IMG/VR virus record: IMGVR_UViG_3300006065_000007
Span: 84,459-136,948 of that record
Length of the DNA stretch: 52,490 bases
Strand: one strand, 5' to 3'
Source of the DNA: a virus
In this document: one piece after another, positions 9,925 through 18,368 of the stretch
Layout of the letters: each line of letters starts with the position of its first letter
Position numbering within the stretch: position 1 is the stretch's first letter
Notes under the pieces: generated by a model
The model's database searches: none
What the model was told of the DNA's origin: nothing
What the model saw: the letters and a program-made list of their open reading frames with translations, nothing else
Position numbers and translations under genes: made by a program

Positions 9925-11940
9925 ATGTCAGGAGTAGATTATTTCGAGGAAGGTTCAAAACAAACCCAAAAAACTAAAAAAACAACAACAAACACACCTA
10001 TTTTAGATAATTTTTCAAGGGATTTAACTAAACTTGCTAGTGAAGGTAAATTAGATCCGGTTATTGGTCGTGATAAAGAGGTAAAACGTATATCACAAAT
10101 TTTATCCAGAAAAAAGAAAAATAATGTTGTCATTGTTGGGGAAGCTGGCGTTGGTAAATCCGCACTTGTTGAAAAGTTAGCTATACAAATTATTAAAGGT
10201 ACGTGTACTACTAATTTATTAGAAAAACGAGTTGTTTCTTTAGATTTAACATCATTAGTTGCAGGAACTAAATATAGAGGTCAATTCGAAGAAAGAATTA
10301 AAGCTATAATTACAGAATTACAGGAAAATCCTGATGTAATTATTTTTATTGACGAATTACATACTATGGTAGGTGCAGGAAATGCTAGTGGTTCTATGGA
10401 TGCTGCAAATATTTTAAAACCTGCTTTAGCAAGAGGTGAAATACAATGTGTTGGTGCAACAACCTTTGATGAATATAAAAAACATGTTGAAAAGGATGGG
10501 GCATTAGCTCGCAGATTTCAGAAAATAATATTATCTGAATCTACTAAAGAAGAAACTATAGAAATTCTAAATAATATTAAAACAATATATGAAGATTTTC
10601 ATAAAGTTAAATATGAAAAAAATGTAATAGAAACAATAGTTTTATTATCATCAAGATATATTACAGACAGACAATTTCCCGATAAAGCAATTGATCTTTT
10701 AGATGAATTAGGTTCTGAAAAAAGAATATCAACAAAAATACCTGAATCAATTGAACAAATAAAAAAACAAATTGATGATATTAGGATTCAAAAAATAAAT
10801 GTTGTTAAATCTCAAAATTACGAACAAGCCGCTAAATTAAGGGATGAAGAAAAACGAATTTTACTAAAGTTAGATGAAGAAAAACAGATATGGAACGAAA
10901 AACAAAAAACAAATAAAACATCTATAACAGTTGAAGATGTTTATCAAATTGTTTCGTCAAGTACCGGTGTTCCTATTTCTAAACTAGATACTAACGAATC
11001 AACTAATCTTTTGAAAATGGAAGAAATTCTAAATAAAAAGGTAATTGGTCAAGAGGATGCTATTAGTAAAATATCTAAATCTATTAGAAGAAATAGAGTA
11101 GGTATTAAAGATGGTGACAGACCTATTGGTTCATTTATGTTCTTAGGTTCAACAGGGGTTGGAAAAACATATTTAGCTAAATCACTTGCGGAAATTTTAT
11201 TTGGTGATCCCAAAAAAATTATACGTATTGATATGAGTGAATACATGGAAAAACATAATGTTTCTAAACTTATTGGTGCACCTAGTGGTTATGTGGGTTA
11301 TGAAGAAGGTGGTCAATTAACTGAAAAAATAAAAAATAACCCATTCTCTGTAATTTTGTTAGATGAAATTGAAAAAGCACATAAAGATGTATTCAATTTA
11401 TTTTTACAAATTTTGGATGAAGGACATTTAACTGATTCTTTTGGTAAAAAAGTTAATTTTACTAACACATTAATAATAATGACATCAAATATCGGAGCAA
11501 AAAAAGTTGCTGATTTTGGTAAAGGTGTTGGTTTTAAATCATTATCATCAAATCAACAAGAAGATGAAAGAAAGAAAACTATTATCAAAAAATCATTAAA
11601 AGAACATTTTAATCCCGAATTCTTAAATAGAATTGATGATATTATAATGTTTAATAAATTAAACAACGATAATTTAACCAAAATTATTTCTATTGAACTT
11701 GAAAATCTAAAAAATAGATTGAAAAATAAAAATTTCATTATTGAATTTGATAAATCAATTAATAGTATCATATCTACTATGAACTCGGAAGAAGATTTTG
11801 GTGCTAGACCTATTAAAAGAATAATTCAAAATCTATGTGAAGATTTTTTGAGCGAAGAAATTCTAAAAGGTAATATCAAAGAAGGAAAAAAAATATTTTT
11901 GAAATATGATGGTAATAACATAGTTATATCAAAAAAATAA
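9925..11940 (+). CDS. clpC: ClpC/ClpB-like AAA+ chaperone lacking the Clp-N domain
   Basis: Two AAA modules ([14 protein letters not shown] and [17 protein letters not shown]), a UVR middle domain ([11 protein letters not shown]) and GARPIKR. Confidence 0.9.
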   Translation: MSGVDYFEEGSKQTQKTKKTTTNTPILDNFSRDLTKLASEGKLDPVIGRDKEVKRISQILSRKKKNNVVIVGEAGVGKSALVEKLAIQIIKGTCTTNLLEKRVVSLDLTSLVAGTKYRGQFEERIKAIITELQENPDVIIFIDELHTMVGAGNASGSMDAANILKPALARGEIQCVGATTFDEYKKHVEKDGALARRFQKIILSESTKEETIEILNNIKTIYEDFHKVKYEKNVIETIVLLSSRYITDRQFPDKAIDLLDELGSEKRISTKIPESIEQIKKQIDDIRIQKINVVKSQNYEQAAKLRDEEKRILLKLDEEKQIWNEKQKTNKTSITVEDVYQIVSSSTGVPISKLDTNESTNLLKMEEILNKKVIGQEDAISKISKSIRRNRVGIKDGDRPIGSFMFLGSTGVGKTYLAKSLAEILFGDPKKIIRIDMSEYMEKHNVSKLIGAPSGYVGYEEGGQLTEKIKNNPFSVILLDEIEKAHKDVFNLFLQILDEGHLTDSFGKKVNFTNTLIIMTSNIGAKKVADFGKGVGFKSLSSNQQEDERKKTIIKKSLKEHFNPEFLNRIDDIIMFNKLNNDNLTKIISIELENLKNRLKNKNFIIEFDKSINSIISTMNSEEDFGARPIKRIIQNLCEDFLSEEILKGNIKEGKKIFLKYDGNNIVISKK

Positions 11941-12141
11941 TATATTTTTTTATCTTTTTTCAATTTTTTATATATTTATTTACACGGAGGTTCTCTTTGT
12001 CGTTTACCTTTTCGTTTTAACTTATAACTATCATGGTGTTGAAACCTAGATAGAAAAGACCACTAAAAATCCCTACGATCCCGTTGGGATTTTTTTTTAT
12101 TAATATTTTTTTCTTATATTTTATTATTAAAAAATAATATT

Positions 12142-12435
12142 ATGTTAGAAGAAAGAACACTTGTATTTGAAAAAGATTTTGAAAGTTTTGTAGACTTTTA
12201 CCAAACATCAAATTATGAAATTTTTAAAGAAACCATAGAATTATTAAAAATTATAAAAGAAAAACATAAAGCTTCATTAATAATTACAGCAAAAATTAAT
12301 GGATTAGTATTTTCATCTGAATTGGTATATGATTTGTCAACCTATGAAGAACTAAGAAATATTCTTATTAATTATTTTGAAAAAATAGAAGATTATGAAA
12401 GTTGTGAAACTATTAAAAAACTAAACATTAATTAA
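12142..12435 (+). CDS. Hypothetical protein with a UvrB/C-like C-terminal motif
   Basis: C-terminal FEKIEDYESCETIKKL. Confidence 0.55.
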   Translation: MLEERTLVFEKDFESFVDFYQTSNYEIFKETIELLKIIKEKHKASLIITAKINGLVFSSELVYDLSTYEELRNILINYFEKIEDYESCETIKKLNIN

Positions 12436-12749
12436 TCTATTATAGGTGGATTGTCTCGTCTTTCATATTCATCGTTATTAATATTCTGATATGTATCAAA
12501 TTTTCTGAAGTTATTTTTTCTTGTAAATTTGTCAACAGTATCACTACCCATTCCAATAGCAGTTATAATCATAACAGAATCCACTAATGAATCTAATGGA
12601 GCATAATTGGAAACAGCACTAGCAACTAATGAACCACAAAGAAAAAATGCTCCAACTATTGCTACAAATGGTTTTACTGACGCATGATCTTCTTCATCCC
12701 TAAATAAATCTATAATCCACTCTTTGAACGTAATATCTGTTTTTTTCAA
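12432..12749 (-). CDS. Small two-TM membrane protein (holin-like)
   Basis: Two hydrophobic stretches and a charged C-tail. Confidence 0.5.
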   Translation of the reverse strand: MKKTDITFKEWIIDLFRDEEDHASVKPFVAIVGAFFLCGSLVASAVSNYAPLDSLVDSVMIITAIGMGSDTVDKFTRKNNFRKFDTYQNINNDEYERRDNPPIID

Positions 12750-12815
12750 CTTATTTAATTTTAAATTTTATATATTTATTATTATATTATTAATATTATA
12801 TAAATATTAAAAATT

Positions 12816-13797
12816 TTATCTAATCAATTTTTTAAACATTATTTTTATCTCATTAATGTTTTGATTTAACTTAAACTTATCAACAATTTTTAAGGCTTCA
12901 TCTCTTGTTAAATTTGGATTTTCATACCATTCTTCTTGAACAGCATTTAATATATCACTAAATATTTTTGATGGTTTAAATCCCATTTGTATTAAATCTT
13001 TACCGCTGATTGGTAATTTCATATTTTTTTCAGTTATTTGGGAATCTAACTTTTTTATTCGTTCCCTAACTATTTTTATCTGATTTGGCATAGACGATGT
13101 ATCACTATGTGATATATTATCCGCATGTATTAAATCTAATATTTCTTCCAAATTTTCACCAACAGCAGATATAAATTTTCTTAATGATTTATCCGATAGT
13201 TTAGTTGTATCATCCATTCCATGTTTTAATGACATATGATGTTTTACACCTAACGCAACCGAATTGGTTAAATCTTTAGGGTATTTTAATCAATCCATTT
13301 TTTAAATCTGATATACCATTACCTGTTATATCTATTATTTCACCGGTTGAAATATTTTTAAGTAGAGAATTAATCGTCAAATCTCTACGTAAAGCATCGT
13401 CTTTTAATTCACCCGAAGTTACAATAGGTTTTCTTGAACCTGGCTCATATGTTTCCTTTCTAGGTGCAACAAACTCTAATTCAGTTACAGGTAAATTTGA
13501 ATTATTGTTTTTTAATGATAATTTTGCCGTTCCAAATCTTGGATAAATTACTGGATTACTTTCTTTTTTATAATTACCCAATTCTTTTCCCAACCATTCA
13601 GCAAAATCAATACCACTAGTTAATTCCCCTAAAATTAAAAAATCCAAATCTTTAGGTTTTAACCCCATAATTTCGTCCCTAACTGCTCCACCAGCTAAAT
13701 ATACTTTACTCTCCCATTCAGTTTTTTTAATTTTATTTTTTAGAAAATCTAAAATATGTTCCTCGTTAGTAGACTCCTGTAACAATTTTTTTATCAT
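12816..13797 (-). pseudogene. cca: CCA-adding tRNA nucleotidyltransferase, internally deleted and frameshifted
   Basis: The N-part has YLAGGAVRD, KDLDF and DALRRDLTINSL. The C-part has LKYP..HHM..ADN and LPISGKDLIQMG. The central body and HD region are missing at a junction near 13280-13292. Confidence 0.8.
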
Positions 13798-13920
13798 TTA
13801 ATTCTATTATAATGTAATAAATAGTTTTGTTTTTTGTTTTTTTTTATATTTTTGTACCATTAAACCGAATATAATGGGGTTTTTTAAGGTTAAATGTAAA
13901 ATTTTAAAAAAAAATTCGAT

Positions 13921-13960
13921 TTTTATTTGTTTATTTGAATATTTATTTGTATCTTTGTAT
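13921..13960 (+). promoter_or_regulatory. Bacteroidota-type sigma promoter of the tRNA operon
   Basis: TATCTTTG (-7 element TAnnTTTG) at about 13950 with TTTG elements upstream. Confidence 0.65.
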
Positions 13961-13985
13961 CATCAAAAATAAATTATTACATATT

Positions 13986-14084
13986 ATGAAACATTTCGCA
14001 CATATTATTTCTTTTATTGCCTGTTCAAAATGGAACATGGAGCGTGATTTTTTCCTTATCGGGGTACATACTCATAATATGTAA
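13986..14084 (+). CDS. Putative leader (attenuator) peptide, 32 aa
   Basis: MKHFAHIISFIACSKWNMERDFFLIGVHTHNM*, lying between the promoter and a terminator. Confidence 0.6.
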   Translation: MKHFAHIISFIACSKWNMERDFFLIGVHTHNM

Positions 14085-14102
14085 AAAAGTAATGTAAGTT
14101 AC

Positions 14103-14138
14103 AAAAACCCCGAAATTGATTTTTCGGGGTTTTTTTTT
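14103..14138 (+). terminator. Intrinsic terminator (attenuator) upstream of the first tRNA
   Basis: AAAAACCCCGAAA-loop-TTTCGGGGTTTTT followed by a T-run. An alternative partner TCGGGGT lies at 14059-14065. Confidence 0.8.
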
Positions 14139-14153
14139 GTTCTTTTAAATATT

Positions 14154-14227
14154 GGGTTGGTAGTTTAGATGGCTAAAACACCTGATTTGCACTCAGGAGA
14201 CCGAGGGTTCGATGCCCTTCCGATCCA
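14154..14227 (+). tRNA. tRNA-Ala(TGC)
   Basis: Acceptor GGGTTGG/CCGATCC, anticodon arm CCTGA-TTTGCAC-TCAGG, GTTCGA T-loop. Confidence 0.9.
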
Positions 14228-14298
14228 CAAAACGTTCATTGACATGTTGGAATAAAAAAAAACAAAATAGGGTTATCATTAAGATAACCCCGAAAGAC

Positions 14299-14369
14299 GC
14301 CCTTATCGTCTAAAGGAAGGACACTACTCTTTCAAGGTAGAAATACGGTCTCGGGATCCGTTAAGGGTA
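14299..14369 (+). tRNA. tRNA-Glu(TTC), atypical T-loop
   Basis: Acceptor GCCCTTA/TAAGGGT, anticodon arm CTACT-CTTTCAA-GGTAG. Confidence 0.75.
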
Positions 14370-14406
14370 CTTTTTTTCATTTTGTTTATATTTATTATAT
14401 ATTAAA

Positions 14407-15720
14407 ATGAAACAAATGGACTATTAATGAAATAACATTATTAAAAAATAATTATGAAAAATTTGGAATTAAGAGGATATGTGAAGTAATACCAAATCAT
14501 AGTCGAAATAGTATTTTAAAAAAGGCTCATGAATATAATTTAAAAGTTGATAAAACTATATACTATCATTCTATAAATGAAATTGAAGACGTTGTTAAAT
14601 CTTCGTTATCTTTTTCAGAAGTTTTTAGAAAATTAAATAAATCGAAATCAGGAGATTCTTTTAAGGTATTAAAAAATTTTATTATTAAAAATGGTATTGA
14701 TACTTCTCATTTTGACCCATATAAAAATAATAAATCTAAAATAAAAAAAATATCTATTAATGATTGGTTAAATTATGGAACAAATATAACATCATCTAAA
14801 TTAAAAGAAAAATTGTATCAAGAAAAATTAAAAAATAAAGTTTGTGAATTATGTGGTCAAGATGAAAATTGGAACGGTAAAAAAATGTCACTAATTTTAG
14901 ATCATATCAATGGAATTAATAATGATAATCGATTGGAAAATTTAAGAATTGTATGTCCTAATTGTAACGCCACACTAGATACTCATTGTAAAGGATATAG
15001 GGGTTAAACATCAAGGAAGGTATTGAAAGAGTAAAGAGAAGTAAGCATGGTAGTAATGGACAGAAAAGAGCAAGAAGAGCATTAAAACAAAGAATTGACG
15101 AAACAGTAAAGGAATTATTTAAAGTCGAAACCCCTGATTTGATTGTTGTTGAACAATTAAAAAACATGGGACATAAAACAAAAGCCAAACGTCTATTGGC
15201 TAAAAATATGAGGCGTTCTATCGGTATTTGGAATTGGAAGTACTGGCTTAAAAGGTTACAAGAACACACTGAATTAAACCGTGTTTGGTTTAGAAGTGTA
15301 TCACCTTATTACACCAGTCAAACTTGTCCAAAGTGTAATCACACTGATAGGGGAAATCGAAATGGTGAAATGTTTAAGTGTTTGAGTTGTGGTTACACAA
15401 ACAATGCTGATATAAATGCAAGTATAAACATTTTAAATCGATTTCTCACGGGACAATACGGTGTCCGTTACAAACAAGAAAATCTACTTACCAATTTTTT
15501 GTAGATTTTTTTGAACGGTTTAATTAAAGATAATAATAATAATAATAATAATAAACAAAGAATAAATAAAAGAAAAGTTGAACGTCCTTCATATAATGAC
15601 TTATTAAATTATGTAAATATTAATGGATATTCTGCAACTGGTAGAAAATATGGTGTTAGTGATAATGCTATTAGAAAATGGATTAAATATTATGAAAAAA
15701 CAGAAAATATAATGTTTTGA
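14407..15720 (+). pseudogene. HNH homing endonuclease interrupted by a TnpB element
   Basis: The frame is open from about 14414 (KWTINE...) through CELC..LDHINGINNDNRLENLRIVCPNC..KGYRG and resumes as LIKD..KVERPSY..GRKYGVSDNAIRKW after the insert. The ATG at 14407 is one base out of frame. Paralog of 16451-17131. Confidence 0.8.
15004..15518 (+). mobile_element. tnpB: Truncated IS607/IS200-605-type element carrying the 3' part of tnpB
   Basis: RuvC-II IVVEQL, zinc finger TSQTCPKC..CLSCG and RuvC-III NADINAS. GG occurs at both junctions and the right end is ...TTTTGAACGG. Removing the insert restores the HNH frame. Confidence 0.8.
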
Positions 15721-15732
15721 TAATATATACAT

Positions 15733-15809
15733 GGTGTGTGGGGCTGCTTGGCGTGGCCGTCTGACTGTCACTCAGAAGATTCAGGTGGGTTCGATTCCCA
15801 TACGCACCG
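15733..15809 (+). tRNA. tRNA-Asp(GTC)
   Basis: Acceptor GGTGTGT/ACGCACC, anticodon arm TCTGA-CTGTCAC-TCAGA. Confidence 0.9.
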
Positions 15810-15849
15810 CATTATATGTTCTTTGACATGTTGATACAAATATTTTAAT

Positions 15850-15922
15850 GGTCGGTTCATCTAAATGGATAGGATATGAGACCTTCAATCTCATTATACG
15901 GGATCGTACCCCGTACCGACTG
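15850..15922 (+). tRNA. tRNA-Glu(TTC), second copy
   Basis: Acceptor GGTCGGT/ACCGACT, anticodon arm TGAGA-CCTTCAA-TCTCA. Confidence 0.8.
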
Positions 15923-15932
15923 CATTATAAAT

Positions 15933-16005
15933 GGTGTGATAGCTCCAATGGTAGAGCGAGGGACTGAAAATTCCTGCGTTGGTGGTTCAAGTCCACCTCA
16001 TACCA
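15933..16005 (+). tRNA. tRNA-Phe(GAA)
   Basis: Acceptor GGTGTGA/TCATACC, anticodon loop CTGAAAA, GTTCAA T-loop. Confidence 0.9.
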
Positions 16006-16038
16006 CAATAATTCAAAAAGAATTATTAATTAAATGAT

Positions 16039-16125
16039 GACTCTGTGGCCGAGTTGGAACTAGGCACCACACTTTTAATGTGGGATTCCAAAAGATGTAC
16101 GTGGGTTCGAGTCCCACCGGAGTCA
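16039..16125 (+). tRNA. tRNA-Lys(TTT) with a long variable region
   Basis: Acceptor GACTCTG/CGGAGTC, anticodon arm CCACA-CTTTTAA-TGTGG, 17-nt variable region. Confidence 0.8.
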
Positions 16126-16132
16126 CAAATTT

Positions 16133-16213
16133 CGGAGCGTAACCCTCCATCCTGATAAGATGGCTACGGGTAATTGGTAAGTGTAAATGTCAGTTCGATC
16201 CTGACCGCTCCGA
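16133..16213 (+). tRNA. Non-canonical tRNA-Ile(GAT)-like RNA with rearranged D region
   Basis: Acceptor CGGAGCG/CGCTCCG, anticodon arm CCATC-CTGATAA-GATGG only 7 nt after the acceptor, perfect T arm GTCAG-TTCGATC-CTGAC. Confidence 0.7.
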
Positions 16214-16283
16214 CAACAGTTTATTTTTTTTCATATAACTGTACTATTAGTACATAAAAAATATAAAAAATAAACAAAACATC

Positions 16284-16358
16284 ATAGGTGTGCCAGAGTT
16301 GGTCTATTGGCTCTGATTCCAAATCAGATGTTCGCGGGTTCGAATCCTGTCGCCTATG
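16284..16358 (+). tRNA. tRNA-Trp(CCA)
   Basis: Acceptor ATAGGTG/CGCCTAT, anticodon arm TCTGA-TTCCAAA-TCAGA. Confidence 0.88.
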
Positions 16359-16450
16359 CAAATAATACGGTTTATCTTTAAATAATCCGTATTTCAATTA
16401 GATTACCTAAACTTTTAATAGGGTTCGAAATATTTATATATAAAAAATAT

Positions 16451-17131
16451 ATGAAAACAATAACAAAAGATCAAATGTTAGAGATTATTAATAATTCTAA
16501 ATCTTTAAGAGAAGTTATTATAAAATTGGGTTTATCTACAAATGGGGGAGGTTGTTATAGTAATGTTAAAAATAAATTAAAAAAATTAGGGTTAGAAGTT
16601 CCAAAATATATAGGTGGTAACTATAAAAATTTTGTAAAAACAAGAAAAAAAAATACTGAAGTTTTTATTGAAAATTCAACATACCCAAGACAAAATTTAA
16701 AACGAAGAATTATAAACGAAAAATTAATTCCTTATATATGTAATAAATGTCATAATAATGGTATATGGGAAAATCAAAAATTAAGTTTACATTTAGATCA
16801 TATCAATGGAATTAATAATGATAATAGAATTGAAAATTTAAGATTTTTATGTCCAAATTGTCATTCACAAACTGAAACATATGGTGGAAAAAAAAATAAA
16901 AAGTTAATAGAAGAAAAATATCCTTTAATAAAACTTAAAAAACATACATTATCAAAAATTAAACAATATAAAAGTAAAACCAAACAAAGAAAAGTAGAAA
17001 GACCGTCATATGAACAATTATTAAATGAAATAGAACAACTTGGATATTCAGGAACTGGTAGAAAATATGGTGTATCAGATAATTCAATAAGAAAATGGGT
17101 TAAGTACTATAAAAAAGAAAAGGGGGTGTAG
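16451..17131 (+). CDS. HNH homing endonuclease with C-terminal HTH
   Basis: CNKC..LDHINGINNDNRIENLRFLCPNCHSQT. Its stop codon overlaps the 5' end of the next tRNA-like gene. Confidence 0.88.
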   Translation: MKTITKDQMLEIINNSKSLREVIIKLGLSTNGGGCYSNVKNKLKKLGLEVPKYIGGNYKNFVKTRKKNTEVFIENSTYPRQNLKRRIINEKLIPYICNKCHNNGIWENQKLSLHLDHINGINNDNRIENLRFLCPNCHSQTETYGGKKNKKLIEEKYPLIKLKKHTLSKIKQYKSKTKQRKVERPSYEQLLNEIEQLGYSGTGRKYGVSDNSIRKWVKYYKKEKGV

Positions 17132-17201
17132 TCGGTCCTGACTACGAATCAGGTAACTGTAATTGGATCTGAAAATGTGGGTTCGAATCCCACCACTCTC
17201 T
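17122..17201 (+). tRNA. Non-canonical tRNA-Arg(ACG)-like RNA with rearranged D region
   Basis: Acceptor GGGGGTG/CACTCTC, anticodon arm CCTGA-CTACGAA-TCAGG 8 nt after the acceptor, T arm GTGGG-TTCGAAT-CCCAC. Confidence 0.7.
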
Positions 17202-17227
17202 CGACTATTTATATATAAAGACATAAA

Positions 17228-17602
17228 ATGATAAGAAACACAAAGTTAAAAAGAATTTGTACTAATTGTAAAAAAGATATTAGTACCAATAGTAAAGAAA
17301 AAGAAATTTTTTGTTCTAAAGAGTGTGTTGAAGAATATCGTTCAACAAATAAAACAGATGTTAAAGTTAAAGAAAAAATTTTAGTTGAAGATATTTTAAA
17401 AGACATTAATAACTTAATTGTAGAACAAAATAATAAATGTAAAATTTGTAATGTTTCGTTTGATAAAATTAGACCACATATTTCAGAAACATATGATAGT
17501 AAAATAAAAGGTATTATATGTGAAAAATGTGATAAAGGATTAAAGTTTTTTTCAAATAACATTGGGATTTTAAAAAATGCAATAACGTTCTTAGAAAAAT
17601 AA
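17228..17602 (+). CDS. Endonuclease VII-like protein, probably degenerate
   Basis: QNNKCKIC...KIKGIICEKCDKGLKFF...LKNAITFL. The catalytic DH and N positions appear substituted. Confidence 0.65.
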   Translation: MIRNTKLKRICTNCKKDISTNSKEKEIFCSKECVEEYRSTNKTDVKVKEKILVEDILKDINNLIVEQNNKCKICNVSFDKIRPHISETYDSKIKGIICEKCDKGLKFFSNNIGILKNAITFLEK

Positions 17603-17603
17603 T

Positions 17604-17678
17604 GGGTAGGTGCTCGAGTGGTCAAAGGGAACGGACTGCAAATCCGTAAAGTCATCGGTTCGAATCCGATTCTACCCT
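17604..17678 (+). tRNA. tRNA-Cys(GCA)
   Basis: Acceptor GGGTAGG/TCTACCC, anticodon arm ACGGA-CTGCAAA-TCCGT, U73. Confidence 0.9.
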
Positions 17679-17691
17679 CACTTATATACAT

Positions 17692-17770
17692 GGTGTCTAT
17701 GGTGTTAATTGGTTAGCATGACAGATTGTGGTTCTGTTGGTGACAGGTTCGAGTCCTGCTAGACACACCA
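17692..17770 (+). tRNA. tRNA-His(GTG) with encoded G-1 and CCA
   Basis: Acceptor GTGTCTA/TAGACAC, anticodon arm ACAGA-TTGTGGT-TCTGT. Confidence 0.88.
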
Positions 17771-17772
17771 AC

Positions 17773-17855
17773 ACCGACATTGGACAACGGTTGTCCAGCA
17801 CTCTCATAAGGTGTGTTCTATATGAACATTATCGGTTCGAATCCGATTGTCGGTA
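17773..17855 (+). tRNA. tRNA-Met or Ile2 (CAT) with a variable-arm hairpin
   Basis: Acceptor ACCGACA/TGTCGGT, anticodon arm GCACT-CTCATAA-GGTGT, extra arm GTTC-TATAT-GAAC. Confidence 0.78.
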
Positions 17856-17954
17856 CAAATAAAAAAAAGTTCGGTATAAATTTGGTAATGTAAAAAATAG
17901 TTTGTATATTTGTACCATCAATTAAAAACAAGTTCTTTAAATAATGAAAAAAAT

Positions 17955-18089
17955 AGTGAGTGGTAATCGAAAGAGTTACTTCGTATTTTTAGATCAGTTG
18001 GATAGATCGTAAAATTTAGGTTTTTAATGTCGGTGGTTCGAATCCACCAAAATACAACATTGTAATACTCTTTTAACCTTTCCCTTACT
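17955..18089 (+). ncRNA. tRNA-like cloverleaf (TAG anticodon, 17983-18056) enclosed in a long bulged stem; Y-RNA-like
   Basis: 5' AGTGAGTGGTAATCGAAAGAG pairs with 3' CTCTTTTAACCTTTCCCTTACT. It has its own promoter at about 17906 and a boxA-like motif at 17932. Confidence 0.6.
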
Positions 18090-18098
18090 TTAATATAT

Positions 18099-18171
18099 TG
18101 TGGGGTGTTAGCAGAGGTAGCTAGCCGGGCTCATAACCCGGAGGTCGTGGGTTCAATTCCCACCCCCGCTA
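18099..18171 (+). tRNA. Initiator tRNA-fMet(CAT)
   Basis: 1:72 mismatch and three G-C pairs in CCGGG-CTCATAA-CCCGG. Confidence 0.88.
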
Positions 18172-18368
18172 CAAAAAAAATAAAAAAACTTTGGTATAAA
18201 TTTGGTAATGTAAAAAATAATTCGTATCTTTGTACCATCGAAAAAAGTTCTAAAAAATATATGGCGAGAAAGTTAAAAAAAGAAACTAAGACTAATTTTC
18301 TCTTGAATAGTAGTAATAGATTTAATTACATCGGAAAACAAATAGTATCATAATAAACAAATAACAAA

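Noticed and set aside
15139-15504. Miniature Cas12/Cas14 effector
   Set aside because: It is only the C-terminal TnpB fragment, lacking RuvC-I, and has no array.
17209-17691. 160-aa minus-strand ORF, and ORF 18105-18353
   Set aside because: They overlap tRNA genes (and, for the first, the EndoVII gene) and are shadow frames.
17983-18056. Amber suppressor tRNA or stop-codon recoding
   Set aside because: The anticodon is TAG (reads CTA), not CTA. Core genes translate fully in the standard code.
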